This document shows, one piece after another, positions 39,152 to 48,500 of a stretch of 64,000 nt of DNA. Numbering within the stretch: the stretch's first letter is position 1; every line of letters begins with the position of its first letter. Origin of the DNA: an uncultured Candidatus Rokubacteria bacterium (GTDB lineage Bacteria > Methylomirabilota > Methylomirabilia > Rokubacteriales > CSP1-6). Under the pieces are notes generated by a model that had not been told where the DNA came from, ran no database searches, and saw only the letters and a list, made by a program, of their open reading frames with translations. The DNA lies in contig CAVXJS010000009.1 of NCBI GenBank assembly GCA_963762145.1, forward strand, positions 288,001-352,000, given 5' to 3'. A program made the position numbers and the translations under genes.

Positions 39152-40615
39152 ATGCGCCTCGCCACCAAGATCTTCCTCGTCTCGGCCCTCGTCATCCTCG
39201 TCCTCTGCGGCACCGCGCTGTGGAGCCTGCTCACGGTCAAGCGCCTCGTCACCGCGAACCAGGAGATCGCCACGCGCGCGGTGCCCGCGCTGCGCCTGCA
39301 GGGCGCGCTGCGCGAGGCGGTGCACGGGCTGGTGCGCCTCGAGGCCCGGGCCCTCGTGCTCCAGGACCGGGACTACGCGGCGATGTGGAACGACCGCGCC
39401 ACGCGCGTGACCCGCGACATGGACAAGCTCGGCTCGTACCTGGAGCAGGCCGAGGAGCGGACCGCGCACGCGCGCGCCCGCGAGGCCTTCGCGACGTACC
39501 GTGGCCACGTCGAGGCAGGAGCGCCGGCTCGTCGCGCTCGGCCAGACCCGGGCCGCGCTGCAGATCGCGGAGGGCACCGCGCGCGAGGCGGCGGAGCGCG
39601 TGGAGGCCGCCCTCACCGACGCCACCGCCGCGACCGAGGCGGGGCTGGCCGCGGGCCAGGCGCGCGCCCGCGCGCTCGAGGCCCGCACCTGGCGCGCGGT
39701 CAGCGCCGCGCTGGCCGCGAGCCTGCTCCTGGCCCTGGTGGCCAGCGCGCTGCTCGCCTACCGGATGGCGCGGTCGCTCGGCCGCCTGTCCGCGGCCACC
39801 ACGTCGCTCGCGGCCGGCACCTGGACCGGGCCCCTCGCGGTCACGGGCCGCGACGAGATCAGCGAGCTCGGCCGCGCCTTCAACCAGATGGCGGATCGGC
39901 TCAGCGAGGTCGACCGCCTCAAGGAAGAGTTCTTCTCGCACATCACGCACGACCTGCGGAACCCGCTGTCCTCCATCCGTCTCGCCGCCGAGGGCCTCGA
40001 GGAGCGGGCCAAGCTCGCGGGCGACGCGAAGCAGGCGCGGTTCGCCTACCTCATCGAGATCAGCGCGGCCCGCATGATGGCCATGATCAACCAGATTCTC
40101 GATTTCTCGCGCCTGCGCGCGCGCGCGGTGCCGCTGGAGCGCAAGCCGACCGACATCCTGAAGGTGGCCGGGCAGGCGATGGACGAGCTCCGGCCGCTGT
40201 CCGAGGAGAAGCGGATCCGCGTCGACCTCGCGGCGGAGGGCCAGGACTTCACGATGCTGGGGGACGAGGGCAGCCTGGTGCGCGTGGTCGTGAACCTGCT
40301 CGGCAATGCCCTGCACTTCACCGCGGTCGGGGGGAACGGTGCACGCGCGACTGGTGGAGCGGGCGGATCGGCTCGATCTCGCCATCGAGGACACCGGGGT
40401 CGGGATTCCCGGCCGACGCGCTGCCCTGGATCTTCGAGCCCTATCGTCAGGCCCACGGGCCGCGCAAGGGAACGGGCCTCGGCCTCGCGGTGGTGAAGGG
40501 TCTGGTGGAGGCGCACGGCGGCACGGTGGAGCGTGCGGTCGGAGGTGGGGAAGGGAGCCTGCTTCACGGTCACGATCCCGAAGGCGCCGATGGACCGTGG
40601 CGGTCGGCGACATGA
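39152..40615 (+). CDS. HAMP sensor histidine kinase (GlrK/QseE-like), several frameshifts
   Basis: Two TM helices, DEISELGRAFNQM, HDLRNPL, NALHFT, GTGLGL. Confidence 0.82.
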   Translation: MRLATKIFLVSALVILVLCGTALWSLLTVKRLVTANQEIATRAVPALRLQGALREAVHGLVRLEARALVLQDRDYAAMWNDRATRVTRDMDKLGSYLEQAEERTAHARAREAFATYRGHVEAGAPARRARPDPGRAADRGGHRARGGGARGGRPHRRHRRDRGGAGRGPGARPRARGPHLARGQRRAGREPAPGPGGQRAARLPDGAVARPPVRGHHVARGRHLDRAPRGHGPRRDQRARPRLQPDGGSAQRGRPPQGRVLLAHHARPAEPAVLHPSRRRGPRGAGQARGRREAGAVRLPHRDQRGPHDGHDQPDSRFLAPARARGAAGAQADRHPEGGRAGDGRAPAAVRGEADPRRPRGGGPGLHDAGGRGQPGARGREPARQCPALHRGRGERCTRDWWSGRIGSISPSRTPGSGFPADALPWIFEPYRQAHGPRKGTGLGLAVVKGLVEAHGGTVERAVGGGEGSLLHGHDPEGADGPWRSAT

Positions 40616-41142
40616 GCGCCCGGACGCGACGGCTCTCGTGGATCGCGCCGCTGCTGCTGCTCGCCGCATCGGGATGCAGCACGGGACGGCCGTCCCTGTG
40701 GGGCAGCGCGGCGCGGCCCGATCCATCTCTCGTGCGGCCCGCGGTCCGGCTGGTCGTCGAGGCGGACGACCTCGCGCGGCAGGGCGAGGCGCGGGCCGCC
40801 CTCGTCGCCTACGAGCGGGTGCTGCGCGAGCATCCCGGCGATCCGGCGGGCGCCGCCGCCCTGCACGGCCAGGGCCGCCTGCAGGCCGATCCGGCCAGCG
40901 GCGTCCGCAACTACCGGGCCGCGCAGCGCGCCTACGCGCAGCTCCTGGCCGAGTACCCGGACAGCCGCTGGGAGGCCGACGCGCGCGCGTGGCAGGTCGT
41001 GCTCGCCGACCTGATCGCTCGCGAGGCCGAGGCCGCGCGGCTCCGGGAGGAAACCGCGCGCCTCAAGGAAGAAGCGGTGCGGCTCCGGACGCAGATCGAG
41101 CGGCTGCGGCGCACCGACCTGGATCTCGAGCGGCGCCGCTAG
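40612..41142 (+). CDS. TPR/coiled-coil lipoprotein (YfhG/QseG-like)
   Basis: Lipobox ASGC, YPDSRW, C-terminal coiled coil ending DLDLERRR. Confidence 0.7.
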   Translation: MSARTRRLSWIAPLLLLAASGCSTGRPSLWGSAARPDPSLVRPAVRLVVEADDLARQGEARAALVAYERVLREHPGDPAGAAALHGQGRLQADPASGVRNYRAAQRAYAQLLAEYPDSRWEADARAWQVVLADLIAREAEAARLREETARLKEEAVRLRTQIERLRRTDLDLERRR

Positions 41143-42426
41143 ACGGACCTCACCAGAGATTGCGGCCGTAGCGATCCTGCTGGATCGGATCGAACGTGCG
41201 GCCGCCGTCGCCCCGGCAGCCGCCGCCGCCCCACGACCCACCCGCCGCCCCGCACGCGCCCTTGCCGAAGCCGTCCTCGATCGGCTGGAGCGTGCGCTCG
41301 AACTTGTTGCGCTCCTCCGAGAGCCACATGTTGCGCTGGTGCAAGGACCCGAAGGCGCGGCCCGTCGGCTCCGCGCAGATGAAGAGGAACCGCTCGCGCT
41401 CCCACTCGTTGCGGTAGCCAACGCAGTTCTCCTCCTTCACCCGGAGCCATCGCGCGAAGAACTTCGACTGCCCGTCGCCCTGATCCTCCGCGCGCTCGAA
41501 CAGGCGGACGGCCTGCCGGCGGTCGTACACGACGCCGATGGCAAACTGGTGGTGGCGGGCCAGACAGTACAGCCCCAGCCGGTCGAACTGCCGCGCGCTC
41601 TTGAGGCAACAGGCATGGGAGTCCGTCCAGCTCTCGGCCACTCCCTCCCCCGCCTCGTAGGCCAGGCCGAGCTGGGCCTGGGCGCGGCCGTAGCCGCGGT
41701 CGGCCGCCTGCCGGTAGAGGCGCACCGCCGCCGCGGGATCGCGCGCGGTCCCCTGCCCGGTGCGCAGCAGCGTGCCGAGCGTCTCCTGCGCCACCGCATT
41801 ACCCGCCTCGGCGGCGGCGCGGTAGAGCGACACGGCACGGGGGAGATCGCCGGCTCGATAGGCCTGGTAGGCGGCACCGGCCTGCTCGGCCGCCGGCTTC
41901 TTGAGCTCCTGCTCGCGCGCGTCGCGGAGCGCGATCGCGGCGTCCACGCTCCCCGCCCGGAGCGCCTTCTCGAGCACTGGCGCGACTCGGACTCGCTCTT
42001 CGGCACGCCCTGCCCGCGGGCGTGAAGGCGGCCCAGGTTGAACGTCGCGTCGCCATAGCCCTGCGCGATCGCGGCGCGCAGCAGGCGAACCGCCTCCGCA
42101 TCGCTCTGCGCCACCCCGAGGCCCCGTCCGTACTGGTAGGCCAGCATGGTCTGGGCGCCCGGGTGTCCCTGGCGCGCCGCGTGTCCCCACCACCGCGCCG
42201 ACTGCGCGGGATCCTTCGGGACGGGCCCGGTGCCGCTCCAGTAGGCGAAGCCCAGACAGAACTGGTCGGCCGCAGTCACCGCGGTGGCCGCGCCCGCCTT
42301 CTTCAGGCGCGGGTAGTACTAGTACTCGTCCATGCAGGCTCGGAACTCGTCATGCACGTCCGCCCGGGCGGGGACCGGCGCGAGCAGGATCAGCAGGAGC
42401 GGGGTGACGCGCGGGAACCGGAACAC
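41139..42426 (-). CDS. Sel1-repeat exported protein (in-frame TAG at 42319-42321 plus frameshifts)
   Basis: Signal peptide and repeated AAEAGNAVAQETLG / AADRGYGRAQAQLG motifs. Confidence 0.7.
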
Positions 42427-42485
42427 GCGCGCCAGGATACCCCATCACGCGGCCCGCTTCCGCGCCCTGCTTCGCGCCGTCCCGG

Positions 42486-42815
42486 TCAACTCGCCCGCAC
42501 TTGCAGGTTGTTCACGACCTGGCGGACGCCCTTGACCCCGCGCGCGACCTCCGAGGCCCGGGCCCGCATCTCCGCCGACGTCACGGTCCCGTTGAGCGCC
42601 ACGATGCCCTGGTTGGTATCCACGTCGATCCGGGTCACGGTGGAGATCTTCTCGCCGGCCAGCTTCGCCTTGACCTGCGACGTGATGCCCGCGTCGTCGA
42701 TGTTCTCGCCGAGGGTCTTGCCGGTCATGCTGGTGCACGCCGCCAGCACCATCATGATCGCTACCGCGACTCCCACCATCCCGTTCACGCTGCGCACCCG
42801 CGCCATCCACCTCAT
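42486..42815 (-). CDS. BON-domain lipoprotein (OsmY-like)
   Basis: LAAC, DDAGITSQVKAKL, GIVALNGTV, VVNNLQV. Confidence 0.9.
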   Translation of the reverse strand: MRWMARVRSVNGMVGVAVAIMMVLAACTSMTGKTLGENIDDAGITSQVKAKLAGEKISTVTRIDVDTNQGIVALNGTVTSAEMRARASEVARGVKGVRQVVNNLQVRAS

Positions 42816-42862
42816 CGTCACGTCTCCCCCCACCCTATCTACCTGCTGGTGAGCGGCAAGAT

Positions 42863-42878
42863 AGCAAGGAGCATGCCC
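42863..42878 (-). promoter_or_regulatory. sigma-54 promoter
   Basis: Minus strand reads GGGCAT-GCTCC-TTGCT. Confidence 0.6.
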
Positions 42879-42996
42879 TGAGGCGCGGGTGCGGGCGGGG
42901 CGCCGCCGCGGCCGATGCGACGCGAGTTTGCGCGACGCGCGGCCGCGCTCTACCGGGAAGCGTGACGAGGTTACCGAGTCGATCCTGACCGCGAGC

Positions 42997-43572
42997 TCAG
43001 CGGGACCAGGGCAGCGGAGTCGTCTCGTTCCAGGCGTCGGGCCGGATGCCGAACGCCTCGATCAGGCGCTGCCAGCCGGACGCGACGGTCAGCGCGGCGC
43101 CCAGCTCGAGGATCTGCCCGTCGTCGAAGTGCTGCCGCAGCGTGGCGAAGAGCGCGTCGTCGACCCGCGGGCGCTCCCCGCTCAGGCAGTCGGCAAGCCG
43201 CAGCGCCGCCACCGTCGCGGTGGGGAGATCAGCGTGGTCGAGATCGCCGAGCGCCTGCTGTACCTCGCTCTCGGTCAAGCCCTTGCGCACCAACGATGCG
43301 CTGCGCGCGAGGCTTCAGTGCACGCACTGGTTGCCCTGGGCGAGGCGAATGCGGCAGAGCTCCACCACCGCGGGATCGAGGCTCGCGCCGCCCGCGTAGA
43401 TGAAGGTGACCCAGGAGAGGAACAGGTCGAGCACCGCGGGCCGGCGGGCGAGGGTGAGAAAGAGGTTGTCGTCCTGATACGCCTTGGCGCGCCAGACGTC
43501 GAGGCGGCGGCGCAGCTCCGGATCGAGCCCCTCCGGATCGGCCTTGGGCAGGCGGCCGTGCTCGTTGGCCAT
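42997..43572 (-). CDS. AhpD/carboxymuconolactone decarboxylase-like selenoprotein (UGA=Sec at 43315-43317)
   Basis: Two in-frame ORFs joined by one TGA, giving ELCRIRLAQGNQCVH-U-SLAR; hairpin follows the UGA. Confidence 0.8.
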
Positions 43573-43654
43573 GTGGACACCTCCGCGGGAAATGTCGGCG
43601 GGCCAGTCTAGCATGCGCTGGCACGCATGCCGGAGCGGCAGTAGGCTGCATGGT

Positions 43655-44242
43655 ATGTCGGCTCTGGCGACGGCCGCGCTCCTGGCGACGCTGCTCCTGC
43701 TGGTCCCGGCCCAGGGCCACGCCGACGACCGGCCTCCTCCCTCGGGGGACCGATTCAAGCTGGTGGAGCACGTCCGGGTCGTCGGCTCGTGCGTCGAGGA
43801 CCACGGCGGCGAGGCCGCGCAGTACACCGGGTTCATCGATCGGTGGCGCGACGTGAGGAAGAACCGAGATCTGCTGCACGGCTCGGTGACCAACTTCGAT
43901 CGTCTCGGGCCGACCCGGCCGAAGACGCTCCCACCCGCCGTCATCGAGTTCGGTGAGGTCGCGGGGAATCAACTGGCGGACACCCGGGTGGTGCTGAAGG
44001 GGTTCACGAGCGGAGACCGGCCGAGCGCCGCGACGTGCACCCTCGACGTCCGGAAGCGGGAGCGGCCCGGCGGCGCGAGCGCGATCCGGGTGACCACACG
44101 GCACGCGCTGAGCGGGCTGGCGCTCGTCATCGGGGTGGTCGCGGGAATCCGGCTGAGCCGCCACCAGGTGCGCCACACCGCCGCGCCGCTGCTCCTCGCG
44201 CTGGCCTTCCTGCTCCAGCTCGTCTCCCTGCTGCTGCCGTAG
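43655..44242 (+). CDS. hypothetical membrane-anchored protein
   Basis: Signal peptide, soluble domain, two C-terminal TM helices. Confidence 0.55.
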   Translation: MSALATAALLATLLLLVPAQGHADDRPPPSGDRFKLVEHVRVVGSCVEDHGGEAAQYTGFIDRWRDVRKNRDLLHGSVTNFDRLGPTRPKTLPPAVIEFGEVAGNQLADTRVVLKGFTSGDRPSAATCTLDVRKRERPGGASAIRVTTRHALSGLALVIGVVAGIRLSRHQVRHTAAPLLLALAFLLQLVSLLLP

Positions 44243-44254
44243 CCGGACGGGCCC

Positions 44255-45313
44255 TCAGGCCTTGCGGAACCGGTGCACGCCCGCGCGGTCCACGAGGCGG
44301 GCGACCTGACCCCGCGCCTCCAGGAAGTGCAGGTGCGCGACGGTCTCGCCGATGGCGAAGCCGAGCTGGTGCGTGTCGAGCTGCCGGCGGAAGAGCACCG
44401 GCACCAGCTCGTGAGCGGTCCGCGGCTCCGCGACGGCGTCGATCGCCTCGCTGAGGCGCTCGTCGTGGTGGTGCTGCAGGTAGTCCAGGCGCTTGTGCAG
44501 GCCGACGAACGGCAGCCCGTGCGACGGCAGCACCAGCGTCTCCTCGGGCAGCGGCCGGAAGCGCCCGAGCGAATCGAGATAGAGCTTCAGCGGGTTGCCG
44601 TTGGGCTGGTCCGGCCACACGCTCACGTTGGTGGTGATCTTGGGCAGCACCTGATCGCCCGAGATCAGCACGTTCGCCTCGGGGGAGAAGAGGCAGGCGT
44701 GCTCGGGCGCGTGCCCCATCACCGTGAAGGCGTGCCACCGGCGCCCGCCGATCGTGACCACGTCGCCCTCGCGCACCGCCCGGAAGCTCGGCGCGACCGA
44801 CGGTACCAGCTTCCGGTAGTTGTTGCCGAGCCCGCGAAAGGCCTCGGCCTGCTCGGCGGGGACGCCGTGACGGCGATAGTGGTTGAGCCGCTTCTCCGAG
44901 TCGTTGCCGCCCATCCCCTGCCAGGCCAGGTGGGCCATGAGCCACTCGGCCTGCGGGCACCAGAGCTCGACTCCGAAGCGCTGGGCCAGCCAGTCCGCGT
45001 TGCCGATGTGATCCGGATGGAAATGCGTCACGAGCACGCGCACGAGGGGCCGGCCGGCCAGCTCTCCCGCGAAGAGCTTCTCCCACAGCTCGCGGGTCGG
45101 CGGCAGGCCGATGCCAGTGTCCACCACCGTCACGCCGGCCTCGTCGTCGAGCAGCCACAGGTTGATGTGGTTGAGCTGGAAGGGCAGCGGCATCCGGATC
45201 CAGCGGATGCCCGGCGCCACCAGGATGCTCGTGCCCCCTTCGGGCGGCTCGGGCCAGGGGTGCGTGAGACCAGGGGCGGGCGCGGCCAGCGGATGCTCGG
45301 GCTCGGGTTTCAT
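44255..45313 (-). CDS. MBL-fold metallo-hydrolase
   Basis: LPFQLNHINLW, THFHPDHIG, GHAPEH, PSHG. Confidence 0.9.
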   Translation of the reverse strand: MKPEPEHPLAAPAPGLTHPWPEPPEGGTSILVAPGIRWIRMPLPFQLNHINLWLLDDEAGVTVVDTGIGLPPTRELWEKLFAGELAGRPLVRVLVTHFHPDHIGNADWLAQRFGVELWCPQAEWLMAHLAWQGMGGNDSEKRLNHYRRHGVPAEQAEAFRGLGNNYRKLVPSVAPSFRAVREGDVVTIGGRRWHAFTVMGHAPEHACLFSPEANVLISGDQVLPKITTNVSVWPDQPNGNPLKLYLDSLGRFRPLPEETLVLPSHGLPFVGLHKRLDYLQHHHDERLSEAIDAVAEPRTAHELVPVLFRRQLDTHQLGFAIGETVAHLHFLEARGQVARLVDRAGVHRFRKA

Positions 45314-45480
45314 GGCCCCTACTGTACTCCGGTCGGCCGGGCCGTGGCGGTTGTCGCGATCAACTACCGGCCCTGAAGGTATTACCGGGCGGAAAACCTG
45401 ACCGGGAAGATTGTTCCTGAATAATCTTCCCTGACATCGTCTGGCGCCTCGCAACTAGTTAATTTACAGACTCTCTGTTC

Positions 45481-45496
45481 TGGCATGCGCTGTGCC
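45481..45496 (+). promoter_or_regulatory. sigma-54 promoter; upstream palindrome 45404-45431 is a candidate activator site
   Basis: TGGCAT-GCGCT-GTGCC; GGGAAGATTGTTC-CT-GAATAATCTTCCC. Confidence 0.55.
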
Positions 45497-45553
45497 TCCC
45501 GTAGCGACCTTCCCATCCGCCAGACGCCTGCTCGTGATCAATGGAGGATCAGC

Positions 45554-48500
45554 ATGGCAACAGTCCTGACCACGCCCGCCGTGGAGGAGATCGACCTCAC
45601 GGCGCTGCTCACCGCCTTGCGTGCCCTGCACAAGGGGGACTTCTCGGCCCGGCTACCCGTCAAGTGGCTGGGCCTGGCCGGCAAGGTCGCCGACACGTTC
45701 AACGACATCGTGGAGATGAACGAGCGGCTCGCTTCGGAGCTGGAGCGGCTGAACCGAGTGGTCGGCAAGCAGGGCAAGATCACGCAACGGGGCACGACCT
45801 CCGGAATGACCGGCGGATGGGTCGAGTGCGTCGCCGCGGTCAACTCGCTGATCGACGACCTGGTCTCTCCGACCCAGGAGATGGCGCGAGTGATCGGCGC
45901 GGTGGCCAAGGGCGACCTGTCGCAGTCGATGGCCCTCGAGACCGACGGCGGGCGGGTGGAAGGCGAGTTCCGGCGTACCGCGATGGTCGTCAACAGCATG
46001 GTCGACCAGCTCAGCTCGTTCGCCTCCGAGGTCACCCGGGTGGTCCGCGAGGTGGGCACCGAGGGCAAGCTCGGCGGCCAGGCCAAGGTCAAGCGGGTCG
46101 CGGGCACCTGGAAGGACCTCACCGATAGCGTCAACTCGATGGCGGGCAACCTCACCGGCCAGGTCCGCAACATCGCCGACGTCACCACCGCGGTGGCCAA
46201 CGGCGACCTGTCCAAGAAGATCACGGTGGACGTGAAGGGCGAGTTCTTCGAGCTGAAGAACACCATCAACACCATGGTCGATCAGCTGCGCTCCTTCGGC
46301 TCCGAGGTCACCCGGGTGGCCCGGGAGGTCGGCACCGAGGGCCGCCTCGGCGGCCAGGCGAAGGTCGAGGGCGTGTCCGGCACCTGGAAGGACCTCACCG
46401 ACAGCGTCAACTTCATGGCGAGCAACCTCACCAGCCAGGTCCGCAACATCGCCGAGGTCACCAAGGCGGTCGCGGCCGGCGACCTGTCCAAGAAGATCAC
46501 CGTCGAGGTCAAGGGCGAGATCCTCGAGCTCAAGAACATCGTCAACACCATGGTCGATCAGCTCAGCTCCTTCGCCGCCGAGGTCACCCGCGTCGCCCGC
46601 GAGGTCGGCACCGAGGGCAAGCTCGGCGGCCAGGCCGACGTCCGCGACGTGGCCGGCACCTGGAAGGACCTCACCGACAGCGTCAACTTCATGGCGAGCA
46701 ACCTCACCAGCCAGGTCCGCAACATCGCCGACGTCACCAAGGCGGTCGCGGCCGGCGACCTGTCCAAGAAGATCACCGTCGACGTCAAGGGCGAGATCCT
46801 GGAGCTGAAGAACACCATCAACACGATGGTCGATCAGCTGCGCTCCTTCGCCGCCGAGGTCACCCGCGTCGCCCGCGAGGTCGGCACCGACGGCAAGCTC
46901 GGCGGCCAGGCCGACGTCCGCGACGTGGCCGGCACCTGGAAGGACCTCACCGACAGCGTCAACTTCATGGCGAGCAACCTCACCAGCCAGGTCCGCAACA
47001 TCGCCGAGGTCACCACCGCGGTCGCGCGGGGCGACCTGTCCAAGCAGATCACCGTCGACGTCAAGGGCGAGATCCTGGAAGTGAAGAACACGGTCAACAC
47101 GATGGTCGACCAGCTGCGCTCCTTCGCCGCCGAGGTCACCCGCGTCGCCCGCGAGGTCGGCACCGACGGCAAGCTCGGCGGGCAGGCCGACGTCAAGGGC
47201 GTGGCCGGCACCTGGAAGGACCTCACCGACAGCGTCAACTTCATGGCGAGCAACCTCACCAACCAGGTCCGCAACATCGCCGAGGTCACCACCGCGGTCG
47301 CGCGGGGCGACCTGTCCAAGCAGATCACCGTCGACGTCAAGGGCGAGATCCTGGAGCTCAAGAACACCGTCAACACCATGGTGGATCAGCTCAGCTCCTT
47401 CGCCTCCGAGGTCACCCGCGTCGCCCGCGAGGTCGGCACCGAGGGGCGGCTCGGCGGGCAGGCCGACGTCAAGGGCGTGGCGGGCACCTGGAAGGACCTC
47501 ACCGACAGCGTCAACTCGATGGCGGGCAACCTCACCGGCCAGGTCCGCAACATCGCCGACGTCACCACCGCGGTGGCCAACGGCGACCTGTCGCGCAAGA
47601 TCACGGTGGACGTCCGCGGCGAGATCCTCGAGCTCAAGAACACCATCAACACCATGGTCGATCAGCTGCGCTCCTTCGCCGCCGAGGTCACCCGCGTCGC
47701 CCGCGAGGTCGGCACCGAGGGTCGCCTCGGCGGCCAGGCCCAGGTGCGCGGGGTCGCCGGCACCTGGAAGGACCTCACCGACAGCGTCAACTTCATGGCG
47801 AGCAACCTCACCAGCCAGGTCCGCAACATCGCCGACGTCACCAAGGCGGTCGCGGCCGGCGACCTGTCCAAGAAGATCACCGTCGAGGTCAAGGGCGAGA
47901 TTTTGGAATTGAAGAATACGGTTAATACCATGGTGGATCAGCTCAGCTCCTTTGCCGCCGAGGTCACCCGCGTCGCCCGCGAGGTCGGCACCGAGGGCAA
48001 GCTCGGCGGCCAGGCCCAGGTCCAGGGCGTCTCCGGGACCTGGCGCGGCCTCACCGAGAACGTGAACTTCATGGCCGCGAATCTCACCAGCCAGGTCCGG
48101 GGCATCGCCAAGGTCGTCACCGCGGTCGCCAACGGAGATCTCCGGCTCAAGCTGACCGTGGAGGCGAAGGGGGAGATCGCCGAGCTCGCGGACACCATCA
48201 ACAGCATGATCGAGACCCTCGCGACCTTCGCGGACCAGGTCACCACCGTGGCGCGGGAGGTCGGCGTCGACGGCAAGCTGGGCGGCCAGGCCCGGGTGCC
48301 CGGCGCGGCCGGCACCTGGAAGGACCTGACCGACAACGTCAACCAGCTCGCGGCAAACCTCACCACCCAGGTGCGGGCGATCGCGGAGGTCGCGACCGCG
48401 GTCACCAAGGGCGATCTGACCCAGTCGATCACCGTCGAGACCCAGGGGGAAGTCGCGGTCCTGAAGGACAACATCAACACGATGATCCGCAACCTCAAGG

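Noticed and set aside
43619-43635. TGGCAC motif as another sigma-54 promoter
   Set aside because: The -12 element does not match (CCGG instead of TTGC).
45990-48480. Long regular repeats that could suggest a CRISPR array
   Set aside because: They are 276-bp in-frame coding repeats without unique spacers, and no cas genes are present.
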